DNA from: Candidatus Parcubacteria bacterium
GTDB lineage: Bacteria; Patescibacteriota; Minisyncoccia; Phycocordibacterales; UBA5272
DNA length: 64,000 nt
NCBI GenBank assembly: GCA_039796775.1
Contig: JBDKJD010000002.1
Coordinates: 12,574-76,573, forward strand
Direction: 5' to 3'
Of this stretch, positions 18,534 through 28,922 are shown piece by piece (position 1 is the stretch's first letter; every line of letters starts with the position of its first letter). The translations under genes and the position numbers were made by a program. The notes beneath the pieces are model-generated. The model ran no database searches, was not told the origin of the DNA, and saw only the letters and a list, made by a program, of their open reading frames with translations.

Positions 18534-20468
18534 TTATATATACAACACCGTGCCACCATGCTCTTTGTAATACAATTCATTCCACTCTGCTTGATCTTCT
18601 TGTACATCTTGTAGGAATTCGCTCGGAGCATTGATTTGTTTTTGTCCGAAGATTGTTCTTAATTCTGTATGGGTTAGGAATAATTTTTTCTTGGCTCGTG
18701 TAACTGCTACATAGAATAATCTACGCTCCTCCTCTTCCTCCTCTTTGCTTCTTTTTCTATTACCAATATTTTTGTGAGGGAAAAGGTCTTGTTCAAGTCC
18801 GGTAATAAAGACATATTCGAACTCAAGTCCTTTGGATGCGTGTATAGTCATCAAACGTACCCCAGCCCTGTCTTTCTCGTCATTATCCTGATCGCTCATA
18901 AGAGATGCTTCTTCTAGAAATGTTTCTATCACTTCATGTGCTAGACGATCGTCATATTTCACAGTGAGGGACACGAGCTCGCGCGCATTCTCGAGACGCT
19001 CTCTGTCTTCACTTCCCCCGTCTAACATTTCGCGCTCCATACCACTATCTACAAGTATCATTTGTATAATATGTGACAACGGTTCAGTATTCATCTTCTC
19101 TACAACAGAATCAAGAAAATTAAAAACACCTTTAATCTTCTCTTCACTCTTACTAGGAATAGGTTCACCTGCAAAGAGTTTGGCAACAGTCACCTTCCCT
19201 ATTCCACGTTTTGGAGTTTCGAATACTCTTTTGAGATCAGGTTGTGAATCTCTGTTAAGAGCAGCACGTAGATAGCTCATCACATCTTTTATTTCTCGTC
19301 GTTCAAAGAATTTTGTACCAAGAAGATTATACGCCACCCCTTCTTTCAAGAATGCTTCTTCTAGCACACGTGACTGAAAGTTGGCTCGATACAGTACTGC
19401 GATTTCCAAAGAAGACACTCCTTGTGCTATTAATTCTTTTGCTTTTTTGGCGACCCATTCCCCTTCACCACCTTCGTCCCAAGTTGGAGTGATTTCTATT
19501 TTGTCTCCATCACCCTTTGATGTGAAAAGATTCTTTTTGTTCCTGACTGTATTTTTTTCTATTGAGGTGTTAGCTAGAGATAAAATATTTCCAGTTGAAC
19601 GATAATTCTCTTCAAGTAATACTGTGCGTGTGCCGCCAAAGTCTTTTTCAAAGTTAAGAATATTACGTAGATTAGCTCCACGCCAAGAATAAATATTTTG
19701 ATCAGTATCTCCGACAACACAAATGTTATTGGTAACAGGATTAACGAGGAGCTTCACAAATTCATATTGTGATTGATTAGTGTCTTGATATTCATCGATG
19801 TGAATATATTTGAAGCGTTCCTGATAATAGTGACGTACATGAGCGTGTTCTTCAAGGAGGGTGACAGTTCTCACTATCAAATCATCAAAGTCGAGCGCCT
19901 TCTGCGCACGAAGAGACTCTTCATAGATCCTCCACACAGAAGCGATGATGTCCATCTGAGCAGTAGCGACTTTTTGTTTGTACTTCTCTACCGTTACGAA
20001 GTCACTCTTTTCTCTCGAGATGATGCTTCTTATTTTTGAGGCGTCATGAACTTTTGGGTCAAGAGAAAGTGTATTCATCGCTTCTTTAATAATCGACAAT
20101 GTATCCTGCTGATCAAGTATTGTTGGATACTTAGAGAGTCCAGCTAAGGATGATTGTTCTTTGAGTATGAGAATACCGAGCGAGTGAAATGTTTTGATTA
20201 AAGGGGTGTGATAATAGGGGTTCGGTTGTTCAATTGCATGCTCCTCTTCGAGTCTTTTGAGTACACGCTCACGCATTTCTTTGGCTGCTTTGTTGGTGAA
20301 AGTGACCGCTAGTATGTGAGACGGATCAACCCCTTTTTTGACTATTGCCACGATGCGCTCAGTTATCGTTTTGGTTTTTCCAGCTCCTGCGCCTGCTAAA
20401 ATAAGAAGAGGTCCTTCTGTTATTCCGACAGCCTCTTCTTGTTGTTTGTTAAGCATTGTCATGCGCAC
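18534..20468 (-). CDS. uvrD: ATP-dependent DNA helicase UvrD/PcrA family
   Basis: N-terminal LNKQQEEAV...AGAGAGKTKT Walker A, and UvrD helicase motifs throughout. Confidence 0.85.
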   Translation of the reverse strand: MRMTMLNKQQEEAVGITEGPLLILAGAGAGKTKTITERIVAIVKKGVDPSHILAVTFTNKAAKEMRERVLKRLEEEHAIEQPNPYYHTPLIKTFHSLGILILKEQSSLAGLSKYPTILDQQDTLSIIKEAMNTLSLDPKVHDASKIRSIISREKSDFVTVEKYKQKVATAQMDIIASVWRIYEESLRAQKALDFDDLIVRTVTLLEEHAHVRHYYQERFKYIHIDEYQDTNQSQYEFVKLLVNPVTNNICVVGDTDQNIYSWRGANLRNILNFEKDFGGTRTVLLEENYRSTGNILSLANTSIEKNTVRNKKNLFTSKGDGDKIEITPTWDEGGEGEWVAKKAKELIAQGVSSLEIAVLYRANFQSRVLEEAFLKEGVAYNLLGTKFFERREIKDVMSYLRAALNRDSQPDLKRVFETPKRGIGKVTVAKLFAGEPIPSKSEEKIKGVFNFLDSVVEKMNTEPLSHIIQMILVDSGMEREMLDGGSEDRERLENARELVSLTVKYDDRLAHEVIETFLEEASLMSDQDNDEKDRAGVRLMTIHASKGLEFEYVFITGLEQDLFPHKNIGNRKRSKEEEEEERRLFYVAVTRAKKKLFLTHTELRTIFGQKQINAPSEFLQDVQEDQAEWNELYYKEHGGTVLYI

Positions 20469-20514
20469 AAGTGTAACACAAAAAGGAATGCTGATTTTTC
20501 TTGATTATGAGTAG

Positions 20515-20799
20515 TTATTTTTTAAATGATGCGAGGACATCATCCTTTGCTTTCTCCAATAACTCTCTATGATTTGGAGCTAAATGTTTGAGACTAGTCA
20601 TATAAAAATCTACCCCCATTGAGAGAGAGGCTTGAAGCGCAGCGAAAGAATCTTCCCCTATTTCATCATACAGATAGTTAAGGAATTGTTTGTATATTGT
20701 TTCAGAAATGGCGTTGATCATTTCGTGAGTATCGTCCTCATCTAATCCGCTTAGATTAAATTCCTTTATAAATGATTGGATAAATTCTTTTTCTTGCAT
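20515..20799 (-). CDS. hypothetical small acidic protein
   Basis: 94-aa ORF co-directional with the downstream giant ORF. Confidence 0.35.
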   Translation of the reverse strand: MQEKEFIQSFIKEFNLSGLDEDDTHEMINAISETIYKQFLNYLYDEIGEDSFAALQASLSMGVDFYMTSLKHLAPNHRELLEKAKDDVLASFKK

Positions 20800-20806
20800 G
20801 ATGTTT

Positions 20807-23800
20807 TTATGAGGATATTACTCCATTTGTGTAGATAGAAGTGACAAGGCGTCTTGATTGAGATAGGAGTTCGAATATAGTGCGTGTATCATTCTCTCTG
20901 TCATACTTTGAAAGTGGTGAAAACACTGATTCTCCTTTTTTGTGAAGCTTGCACATATGTTCTATGGTTTGTAGCGCGTAGACAAAGGCGCTTAACTCAG
21001 CCCTCACTGTTTCATTTGATAAGATACCAACAGGCTCCCCGCTTAGAATATCTTTGATAGTGATAGCTTGTAATGCACCCACTATACCACTCTCGTTATT
21101 CCCTAAGTTGAGCGACTTAACACTTCTGTTGATCAAGAATACATCAGTTGAACTCGTTTCTTTGCTACCAAGAAGAGCAATGAGTTCGGCTACCGCTCTC
21201 TGCTCACTATCTTTTTCTATGTCCCTTAAGAAATCAAGAGGACTTGTTTTGTTAAACAATGACTGAGCCATAGTAGGAGCCTTAACTGTCTCACCTTTTG
21301 ATTGATTGGAGTAGAGCACTACAGCAAGACCAAGGAGAATGAGGGTGGTAGGTCCTGTTCTCCACGAGCTTCCGGTGTTTTTTATTTTTTTGAGTGTATT
21401 CATGATGGATTTCATGGCCTCTTCTTTTTTCTTTTTGAGTTCTTCCGGTGCGTGTTCTTTTTCCCCTAACAGACGCTCTCGTTCCTCAGAAGGAAAAGGG
21501 AAAGACCCTCTGGATGATAAGTTGGATATTTTGTTAAAAACGGTAGTCCAAGTACTGCTCTCTTTCTTTATAACAGGGGTAGCTCCTGCTAGCACAGAAC
21601 TCCTGTTCGTCATCCCTGTAGTTTGGTTCTCTTTTATTGCTTGTGATTTTGGAGCTGTTTTATCCATGAATGACTTCACTTTCTCTAAGCTTGTAGGTGG
21701 AATACTGGTACCGTCTCTAGAGATACGACTACGTTTCCCCTCTTCTGTTATTTTGTTACCATCCATTAACTCAGATTCATCATAATGAACAGAGAGTGAA
21801 GGGGCGACGAATTCATCAGAAGAGAATATTGACCACTTATGTTTCTTGTGAAGTTCTGTGAGAAGTGCCCTATCCTGGTCACTGAGCGTTCCTTCCTTGT
21901 ATCGTGCATATAAATTTTTGTACATGCTCTTGTCAAGCTTCCAAGAGAGAGACTCGTCATTCATAGGAGAATAGACCTCAGCGTACTTAGTCTTGAACGA
22001 AGACTCTTCTTTTTTGGAATCAAATTCTCGTATCTTGTCACGAAGAAGAGCAGAATATTGCGCTTTGTTTAGAGATTGTTGTTGTGTGAATCGAGTTTTG
22101 AAATCTTGCTCTCCTAAAACGATTACTCGACTAAGTTCTTGCTCTAATGCTGATCTGCTTTGTGGCAACATTTCGCTTATGACTTTTGCCTCTTCCTTGC
22201 TCATCGCTTTTTTGTTGGCATAGAGAGAGATGTAGGCTGTGGGGTCCCTCTCAAACATGTCTTTGTGAAGTAATTTTAGTTGTTCATAAGCGTTAAACTG
22301 TCTCGCATCTTCGTTTTTTGCTCGAATATTTTCTCTTTCTTTAAAAGTTGCTTCATTCGTTGGGTTACTCATGTTGTACAACGACCTTACAGATTTGATG
22401 TACTGCACGATGGTGTTCTGACACCAGATGATTTCTTTTTCTATTGTATCAATCTCCTCCTTTGAAGGGTCCCCAGGCAGAGAATCAATTGCCGCAAACG
22501 TAGCCCCTAAACGACCAGATAATGATTTCCATTTAGCTTGGTCAATTACACCTCTCTCAACTAATTTCTCTCGTAGTATTTTTTGGCCACTGCTTAACAC
22601 AAAGATAGAACGCTCAAGTTCTTCTAATAATCTAGTAGCGTTCATTGCTTCATTCGTGAGCGCTTTTTTCTTCTCTAAGATTTGCGCTTCTTTGTCTTTT
22701 TTCTCTCTTGCCTTAGTATCTTTTGAGAAGGATTTTATTGAGAGGGTGAATCTAGTCACTTCCATTAAGGCTTTCTCAGGTTGCTCTGTTCTTATTAATT
22801 TGAGAATATTATTTTTTTGAATAATAATCGGAGCTAGTAACTCAAGTGATTCTCCATCTGTCACCTGATTTACGAGTTCGTTATACAAAACAAAAGCACG
22901 GTCAAAATTCGTTTTGAGTGAGTAGAGTATTGAACTAAGCCCAGGCCTAACCTTTTTCCATTCTCCGTTTTCGTCTAGATATTCCCACACTTGCGTCTCT
23001 GATCTTAAGGGTTTCCCAGCTTTATTATCAGCCTTCTTTTTTGTGAGACGAACAACATCATCAGGCCATCCACTATATATATCAGCAGAGAAAAGTTTAT
23101 TCTTCTCTTCCAGTATCGCCTTGTCCTCCTGCTCTCTTGTTTTAACTGTTTGAACAAAGGCGCCAAAAGAAGTGTTTACATTTTTAATGTCATCCCCGGT
23201 TGGAGCTTCGGGAAGTGAAGTGTTTAATTTCTCTAGCTCCTCAGCTTCAGCTTTAGTCAATGTGTGAGCACTTTTAAATTCAGCGATTCGAGCGAGTAAA
23301 CCACTTCTCATCGTAGACAAAGCTTGTGTTTTTATTGTGAGTAATTCCTCTTCATGTGATTGTTGCACTCCTTCCAAAGCTTTTTGTAGCTCAAACTCTT
23401 TTCCTTTTAGTTTTGTTTCAGAAATAATTCTAGTAACCCCCTCTAGTGTTCCTTGAATGAGAGCGAGCACGTCACTCGCGCTCTTTTCTTGGTTGTTAGT
23501 AAGAAAACCAATAATACCCTCTTTATCAGTCGCGCTCTCTAGCCAAGAGAGTTTATCCAAAAGCGTGACTGCTCCTAAAAGTTTGTTCCTATTAACATCT
23601 TGTGCAATTATTTTACGCAGTTCCGCTACTTTTGGTTTCATTGTTTGTATATAGTCAAAAAGAGTAGCGGCTTCTTGTTGTAAGGCAGCGTCTTTAATCA
23701 AAGCTTCCTCTCGCATCACTAATATTTCCTCACAGAAAGTATCGATCTTTTTAAGAGATTTTTCGTCGTCTGGTGTCACAGGGTTTCTTTTTTCAAGGTT

Positions 23801-24166
23801 TTTTAGTACTGCTTTTACGATGGAGATAGATAAAAGAACCTTCCCCTCGTCTTCTTCTGTGAGATTATTCTTAGCCCTAATGTCATTAAGTTTCCCTAAG
23901 AGGGTGATCGCAGATTCTTGCACTCGTAACATATCTTCTGTGAGCGGCTCCTCTACTTTCTTTCCTATTTCTGCACCAACTTTCCCTCCTAGTGTGTAGT
24001 TCGGTATAGAATATGAAGCACCTGACCCGCTCAGTCTTATGTTTGGATCAAAAGTTTGAGGGATAGTAGGCTCGACTACTGGTTTGAATGTGCCAAATGA
24101 CCCATTCCTAATAGGTGTTGCAGATAGAGAGAAATCTGGAGTATCTTCACCCCTTGTGGTTGCCAT
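20807..24166 (-). CDS. large (1119 aa) coiled-coil, K/E-rich hypothetical protein with a C-proximal TM segment
   Basis: Long uninterrupted ORF. The many plus-strand ORFs inside it are antisense artefacts. Confidence 0.55.
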   Translation of the reverse strand: MATTRGEDTPDFSLSATPIRNGSFGTFKPVVEPTIPQTFDPNIRLSGSGASYSIPNYTLGGKVGAEIGKKVEEPLTEDMLRVQESAITLLGKLNDIRAKNNLTEEDEGKVLLSISIVKAVLKNLEKRNPVTPDDEKSLKKIDTFCEEILVMREEALIKDAALQQEAATLFDYIQTMKPKVAELRKIIAQDVNRNKLLGAVTLLDKLSWLESATDKEGIIGFLTNNQEKSASDVLALIQGTLEGVTRIISETKLKGKEFELQKALEGVQQSHEEELLTIKTQALSTMRSGLLARIAEFKSAHTLTKAEAEELEKLNTSLPEAPTGDDIKNVNTSFGAFVQTVKTREQEDKAILEEKNKLFSADIYSGWPDDVVRLTKKKADNKAGKPLRSETQVWEYLDENGEWKKVRPGLSSILYSLKTNFDRAFVLYNELVNQVTDGESLELLAPIIIQKNNILKLIRTEQPEKALMEVTRFTLSIKSFSKDTKAREKKDKEAQILEKKKALTNEAMNATRLLEELERSIFVLSSGQKILREKLVERGVIDQAKWKSLSGRLGATFAAIDSLPGDPSKEEIDTIEKEIIWCQNTIVQYIKSVRSLYNMSNPTNEATFKERENIRAKNEDARQFNAYEQLKLLHKDMFERDPTAYISLYANKKAMSKEEAKVISEMLPQSRSALEQELSRVIVLGEQDFKTRFTQQQSLNKAQYSALLRDKIREFDSKKEESSFKTKYAEVYSPMNDESLSWKLDKSMYKNLYARYKEGTLSDQDRALLTELHKKHKWSIFSSDEFVAPSLSVHYDESELMDGNKITEEGKRSRISRDGTSIPPTSLEKVKSFMDKTAPKSQAIKENQTTGMTNRSSVLAGATPVIKKESSTWTTVFNKISNLSSRGSFPFPSEERERLLGEKEHAPEELKKKKEEAMKSIMNTLKKIKNTGSSWRTGPTTLILLGLAVVLYSNQSKGETVKAPTMAQSLFNKTSPLDFLRDIEKDSEQRAVAELIALLGSKETSSTDVFLINRSVKSLNLGNNESGIVGALQAITIKDILSGEPVGILSNETVRAELSAFVYALQTIEHMCKLHKKGESVFSPLSKYDRENDTRTIFELLSQSRRLVTSIYTNGVISS

Positions 24167-24400
24167 AGTAATCTTAGTATAGCTTATTTTATAAAGAGAT
24201 AAGAGGCCTTCTCCACATTGTGGTATTTAAGCTTGCTTGTTATCTCAAACCCCATTTGTTAGTATGATACTAGTAGAGAAAAGAGGTTACATTTAGCAAT
24301 CTTTAGACCTAAATGTCAACTTCTTTTTCTTTTTCTAATTATCGTGAACGCACATCTTTCCATAACGCTTCTTCCCCGCTTTATTACAGTCGGAGTTATT

Positions 24401-25384
24401 ATGGTATTTCTCCTCTCCCCTTCTCCTCTTTTGGCTGCGAACATATTTTTCTCTTTTCAGGATAGGGTTAAATCTATTTTTCTGGAAAAGGAAGAAGAAA
24501 CAGAACAAGAGATCTCCTCCCCTCAAACAATGGCAGTGCTCAAGCCTGTTGTTGTTGATGAGTCAACGACATCCCAGATGATTATAGAAAATGATTCATT
24601 GAGAGTTGACTCAGGTCCCCTGCGTGTAGCAACTGAAGATATTGAATTCCCCCAATCGGATATCATTAGTGTGTATGAAGTTAAAAAAGGAGATACAATT
24701 TCAGACGTGGCGAGACTATTTGATGTATCAGTGAACACTATTATTTGGGCTAATAATTTAAAATCAAGAACACTCACTCCTGGAACAACACTTATTATTC
24801 TTCCAGTGACCGGTATTAGACATACCGTCAAAAAAGGTGACACTGTTAAATCACTTGCGAGACTCTATCGTGCAGACACAAAAGATATAGCTCAATATAA
24901 CGGCATTACCGAAGACTCTTCACTATCATTAGGTCAAGTAATTATTATTCCAGATGGTGAAATAGAAATCATACAACCAAAAGTTGCCAAGAAAAAGACA
25001 ACGTCTAAGATTACACGGTCATATACTCAAGCTACCCCATCTGGTTTCCTTATTAGACCTATACAGGGAGGTAGAAGAACTCAAGGTATTCATGGTAATA
25101 ATGCAGTTGACATAGCCGCAACTCCAGGTACTGCGATTGTTGCTTCTGGTAATGGTGTTGTCATAGCTTCACGTATCGGTGGATATAATGGAGGGTATGG
25201 GAATATGGTGATTATCTCACATGCAAATGGAGTACAAACGCTCTATGCCCATATGAGAGAAGTGTATGTAGGCACAGGAGAAACAGTGACACAAGGTCAA
25301 GTGATAGGAGGTGTAGGAAATACAGGACGATCAACAGGGCCTCATCTTCACTTCGAAGTTCGTGGAGCGAAGAATCCGTTCTAG
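24401..25384 (+). CDS. LysM-domain M23 family peptidoglycan endopeptidase
   Basis: Two LysM repeats (YEVKKGDTISDVARLF..., HTVKKGDTVKSLARLY...) plus M23 motifs HGNNAVDIAA and GNTGRSTGPHLHFEV. The start is placed at ATG 24401, which follows GGAG and gives a signal peptide. Confidence 0.8.
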   Translation: MVFLLSPSPLLAANIFFSFQDRVKSIFLEKEEETEQEISSPQTMAVLKPVVVDESTTSQMIIENDSLRVDSGPLRVATEDIEFPQSDIISVYEVKKGDTISDVARLFDVSVNTIIWANNLKSRTLTPGTTLIILPVTGIRHTVKKGDTVKSLARLYRADTKDIAQYNGITEDSSLSLGQVIIIPDGEIEIIQPKVAKKKTTSKITRSYTQATPSGFLIRPIQGGRRTQGIHGNNAVDIAATPGTAIVASGNGVVIASRIGGYNGGYGNMVIISHANGVQTLYAHMREVYVGTGETVTQGQVIGGVGNTGRSTGPHLHFEVRGAKNPF

Positions 25385-25436
25385 GGTAGTTACTAGTCAT
25401 TAGTTACTAGTGAGATACAAATACAATGCAAGTAAA

Positions 25437-25471
25437 CACCCAAAGCGCAGGCGTAGCCTGCGCTTTGGGTG
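25437..25471. terminator. perfect 15-bp palindrome CACCCAAAGCGCAGG-CGTAG-CCTGCGCTTTGGGTG between convergent genes, flanked by TAG/CTA heptad arrays
   Basis: Read from the sequence. The core GCGCAGGCGyAGCCTGCGC is shared with the palindrome at 27971..28007. Confidence 0.55.
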
Positions 25472-25528
25472 TCTGGTGATTTCTCTATACTCTACATTCT
25501 ACGCTCTATATTCTACACTCTGCATCCC

Positions 25529-27067
25529 TCACCCTTCATATATCTTGGGTCTATATTGAAATGCTTCTAATATGTCTTCATTTTCTACCTTACTGCTTTC
25601 TCTTAAGTCAGCAATTGTTCTTGCAACAGAGAGTATTCGATAATATGAACGAGGGGAGAGTGTCGCCTTCTCTGCTAATTTTTTAAGAAGAGAAGAAACA
25701 CTTTCTTCCATGTCACACTCTTTGATTAATTGATCGAGTGTTAGCTTCTGAGAAGGTTTGTTGTCAGAAGTCGTACTCCTTCTTTTTGTGCCAAATGATC
25801 TTCCGCGTATTACGTTGTTTCGTATGGTAGTTGAATCAGTCCCTGTGCCTTCCTTATGCAATTCATTATAGTTAATTGATTCTACAGGAACCCACAAATC
25901 AATGCGATCAATGATCGGCCCTGATAGCTTGCGCGAATAGTTTTGTATATGATGAAGAGAACAGGTGCATGGTTTTATGTTGCTACCATAATATCCGCAA
26001 GGGCATGGATTCATCGCAGCGACAAGAAGTACGGAAGCTGGGAATGTGTAACTCCCCTTTGCTCGAGAGATGGTAATAGTTCTCTCTTCAAGTGGTTCTC
26101 TTAATGACTCGAGAACTTTCTTATCGAATTCTGGGAACTCGTCCAAAAAAAGAACACCACGATGTGCGAGTGTTATCTCACCAGGTTTAGGAGACGCTCC
26201 TCCTCCAACAAGAGAAACATATGATGCTGTGTGATGAGGTGCACGAAATGGAGCGTGAGTAATCGGAGCATTTATTTTTTTGACAAGGGAATGAACTTTA
26301 GTCACATCGCGTATCTCTTCTTGTGATAGAGGTGGAAGTATTTGAGAGAATGCTTTGGCAAGCATGGTCTTCCCAGTTCCTGGAGGTCCATAGAGAGCGA
26401 TATTATGATTTCCTGTTGCTGCTATTATGAGTGCTCTCTTGGCAACTTCTTGTCCTTTGATGGTTCCAAAATCAAGAGATGAAGTAATCTCTGGAATAAC
26501 AAAAGCGCTCGTATATGAGGCTATTTCTGATACTTCCCCAGTATCAGTTGTTCCTCCTAAATGAATATAGAGTTCACGCAGGTTCTGACAAGGATAAATG
26601 AGTATGTCTTCAACAAGAGAAGCTTCTTCTTTGTTGTCATAGGGCACATACACGCTTTGAGCCCCCTGTCTCTTGGCGTACTCAACCATGCCGAGTATGC
26701 CTTTAACAGGAAGCACTGATCCTGTTAAAGAAAGTTCTCCGAAGAAGTACACCTGCTTTTGTTCAACATGTAATTGTTTTGAAGCGAGTAAGTACGCGAG
26801 CACTATAGGGAGATCAAAATGTGTACCTTCTTTTTTGATATGGGCAGGAGATAGTGAAACAGTTATTTTTTGATTCTCTGTTTTTGGATTCTTGAGATAT
26901 GAATTACGAAGCGCTGAGATAATTCTATCCTTACTCTCATCAACAGACTTGTCTGGTAATCCAACAATAGAAAAAGAATATAATCCAGAAGTGACATCGA
27001 CTTCTACATTTACCTTTTCAACATCGAGACCAACAATGTGAGCACTTGTAACAGTAGCAACACTCAT
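25529..27067 (-). CDS. comM: YifB/ComM family Mg-chelatase-like AAA+ ATPase
   Basis: N-terminal ChlI-like domain and Walker A GPPGTGKTM. Family-typical length of 512 aa. Confidence 0.85.
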   Translation of the reverse strand: MSVATVTSAHIVGLDVEKVNVEVDVTSGLYSFSIVGLPDKSVDESKDRIISALRNSYLKNPKTENQKITVSLSPAHIKKEGTHFDLPIVLAYLLASKQLHVEQKQVYFFGELSLTGSVLPVKGILGMVEYAKRQGAQSVYVPYDNKEEASLVEDILIYPCQNLRELYIHLGGTTDTGEVSEIASYTSAFVIPEITSSLDFGTIKGQEVAKRALIIAATGNHNIALYGPPGTGKTMLAKAFSQILPPLSQEEIRDVTKVHSLVKKINAPITHAPFRAPHHTASYVSLVGGGASPKPGEITLAHRGVLFLDEFPEFDKKVLESLREPLEERTITISRAKGSYTFPASVLLVAAMNPCPCGYYGSNIKPCTCSLHHIQNYSRKLSGPIIDRIDLWVPVESINYNELHKEGTGTDSTTIRNNVIRGRSFGTKRRSTTSDNKPSQKLTLDQLIKECDMEESVSSLLKKLAEKATLSPRSYYRILSVARTIADLRESSKVENEDILEAFQYRPKIYEG

Positions 27068-27840
27068 TATTTGAGTATAACACTCTTAATAGCGAGAACC
27101 GATGTTTCATTAGGGGCGATAATGAGTTGTGTTGGTGATACGAAAGCGTAGACAACAGAGGTGTTACCTTCTCTAAAAACTCTCATTGTTACATTCGCTG
27201 ACGTGACATCACTCCATGGATTAGTCGGTGCAGATATGACAGTATCCACTACTGCAATTGTAGTTGATGCTGTTGGTGGCGTTGATGTCGCTTTTGTTGA
27301 TGTTGCTAATTGAGTACTGGTGGTCGCAGTTGATGTGGTGGCTGTCTGAGTCTTAGGTTCATTTACTTTTTTGGTTGAGCTCGCCACTTCTTTATTGAGA
27401 GCATTTGCTAATTCAATAATATATTCACTTCCATTTCTTTTCATATATGCGAAAACGGGAGAATATGAAGAGAGTGTTAATACATACCCTTTGTCTTTCT
27501 TTTCTACCTTCTGTATATGTATTCCAATCTCTCTATCAAGTGTTGGAGATAAAGCGGAAAGATTACCCCTCTTCTCTTTTTCTGTGATTTGGACTGACTC
27601 CGTTTCAGATATTTGAACATCATCTTCCTTGAGAACATAAAAGAGCACACCAATCACAATCATGATGAGAACGATAAGAAGCGCGCTTATAGAAAGGATA
27701 AGTCTATTAGAGTTTCTTTCTTCGCTTACATCTTTGTTTCCTATATCATTTGATGCTGTAGCGATTTGAGTGAGTGAAGCTTCTTTGGCTTTAACCTCTT
27801 CACTTATATCATGAGCGAAGGTGTCTACTTTTGGTATCAT
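27067..27840 (-). CDS. membrane-anchored Thr-rich hypothetical protein; its TAA stop overlaps the comM ATG (TAATG)
   Basis: One TM (LILSISALLIVLIMIVIGVLFYVL) and a Thr-rich low-complexity tail. Confidence 0.5.
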   Translation of the reverse strand: MIPKVDTFAHDISEEVKAKEASLTQIATASNDIGNKDVSEERNSNRLILSISALLIVLIMIVIGVLFYVLKEDDVQISETESVQITEKEKRGNLSALSPTLDREIGIHIQKVEKKDKGYVLTLSSYSPVFAYMKRNGSEYIIELANALNKEVASSTKKVNEPKTQTATTSTATTSTQLATSTKATSTPPTASTTIAVVDTVISAPTNPWSDVTSANVTMRVFREGNTSVVYAFVSPTQLIIAPNETSVLAIKSVILK

Positions 27841-27844
27841 GAAG

Positions 27845-28050
27845 ATAGTATATAGTGGCTAGTAGTTAGTGGCTAGGTGATAGGGTGTAGAATGTGGAGT
27901 ACAGAATGTAGAAAATAGAGTACAGAGCATAGAGTGTAGAACAGAGAGTACAGAATGTGGAATATACTAAATACAGAAAACGCAGGCGCAGCCTGCGCTT
28001 TCTGTATTTTCTATACTCTATATTCTACGCTCTGTACTCTGTACCCTACC
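27845..28050. repeat. composite about 200-bp imperfect inverted repeat: a TAGNNNN heptad array, the central palindrome 27971..28007 (ATACAGAAAACGCAGGC-GCAG-CCTGCGCTTTCTGTAT), and an inverted heptad array
   Basis: Heptads tagtata/tagtggc/tagtagt/tagtggc/taggtga/tagggtg/tagaatg... on the left, and their reverse complements on the right. Confidence 0.6.
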
Positions 28051-28051
28051 C

Positions 28052-28693
28052 TTACTCCCCTCCTCTAAAAATTCCAAAATCTTCATCAGAAAAATGAGGT
28101 GTAGAAGCAGTCGCTTGTTGCGGTTTTATTTTTTTAACAGACTTTTTCTTTGACGGATTGAATGATTTTGTGTATTTGGTTCTTTTGTGTCCAATCAAAA
28201 ATTCTTCAGGAGAGTCACACATATCAATAAAGTCTTCACAATGCTCACGTAATTTTGACGACGAAGATTTTCCAAAAGAGATAACTTCAACTTGAACACC
28301 AAAATGTTCTTTGAGGAAGGTAACAAGTGGCACGAAGTCCCCGTCCCCTGTGGCGAGTATTATGGTGTCTACTTTTGGAGCGATGCGAATAGCGTCAACT
28401 GCCATACCGACATCCCAGTCAGCTTTTTTTGACCCTCCATAAAAGATTTGTAAATCTTTTGTTTTGGTTTCGATACCGATTTTGGTGAGCGCTTCGAAGA
28501 AGTTTGTCTCATCTCCTGCTTCTGTAGTGATTACATAAGCAATAGCTCGAATAAGTTTTCTTTTAGATAAAGAACGCTCTACAATAGCCGCAAAGTTAAC
28601 TTTTGAATTATAGAGATTCTTCGCTGAGTGATAAAGGTTTTGTGTGTCGATAAAAATTGCGACACGTTGATCAATATGTTTAATAACTGTCAT
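28052..28693 (-). CDS. NYN/LabA-like (PIN-fold) domain protein
   Basis: VAIFIDTQNLY ... ILATGDGDFVPLV motifs, typical of NYN/LabA. Confidence 0.65.
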   Translation of the reverse strand: MTVIKHIDQRVAIFIDTQNLYHSAKNLYNSKVNFAAIVERSLSKRKLIRAIAYVITTEAGDETNFFEALTKIGIETKTKDLQIFYGGSKKADWDVGMAVDAIRIAPKVDTIILATGDGDFVPLVTFLKEHFGVQVEVISFGKSSSSKLREHCEDFIDMCDSPEEFLIGHKRTKYTKSFNPSKKKSVKKIKPQQATASTPHFSDEDFGIFRGGE

Positions 28694-28827
28694 AGTGTTA
28701 GTGATTATATGATAGTGTGTTGTTTCTAATTAACAATAAATAATAAAAACAAAGTGCTATCGTTTGATATAAAAATGAGAAACGAATATTAAAATGAATA
28801 GAAACTATAGTTAGTATACTATGGCCC

Positions 28828-28918
28828 AGTAGCAAGTAGCCAGTAGCCAGTAGCCATTAGCAAGTAGCCAGTAGCCAGTAGCCAGTAGCCAGTAGCCAGT
28901 AGCCAGTAGCCAGTAGCC
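28828..28918. repeat. 13-copy tandem heptanucleotide array (AGTAGCC)n with two variant units (AGTAGCA, ATTAGCA)
   Basis: Counted directly. It lies between the rpsO terminator and the promoter region of the NYN gene. Confidence 0.9.
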
Positions 28919-28922
28919 AGTC

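Noticed and set aside
21339-22820. Several plus-strand ORFs (21339..21785, 21993..22223, 22280..22465, 22428..22820 and others) inside the 1119-aa minus-strand gene; similar ones (9883..10371, 10759..11151, 13657..14085) inside the T4SS genes
   Set aside because: They are antisense to long well-supported ORFs and have Ser/Leu/Phe-rich low-complexity translations typical of antisense frames.
28828-28918. Heptad tandem arrays considered as possible CRISPR arrays
   Set aside because: The 7-bp units are contiguous without spacers and there are no cas genes. They are microsatellite-like repeats, not CRISPR.
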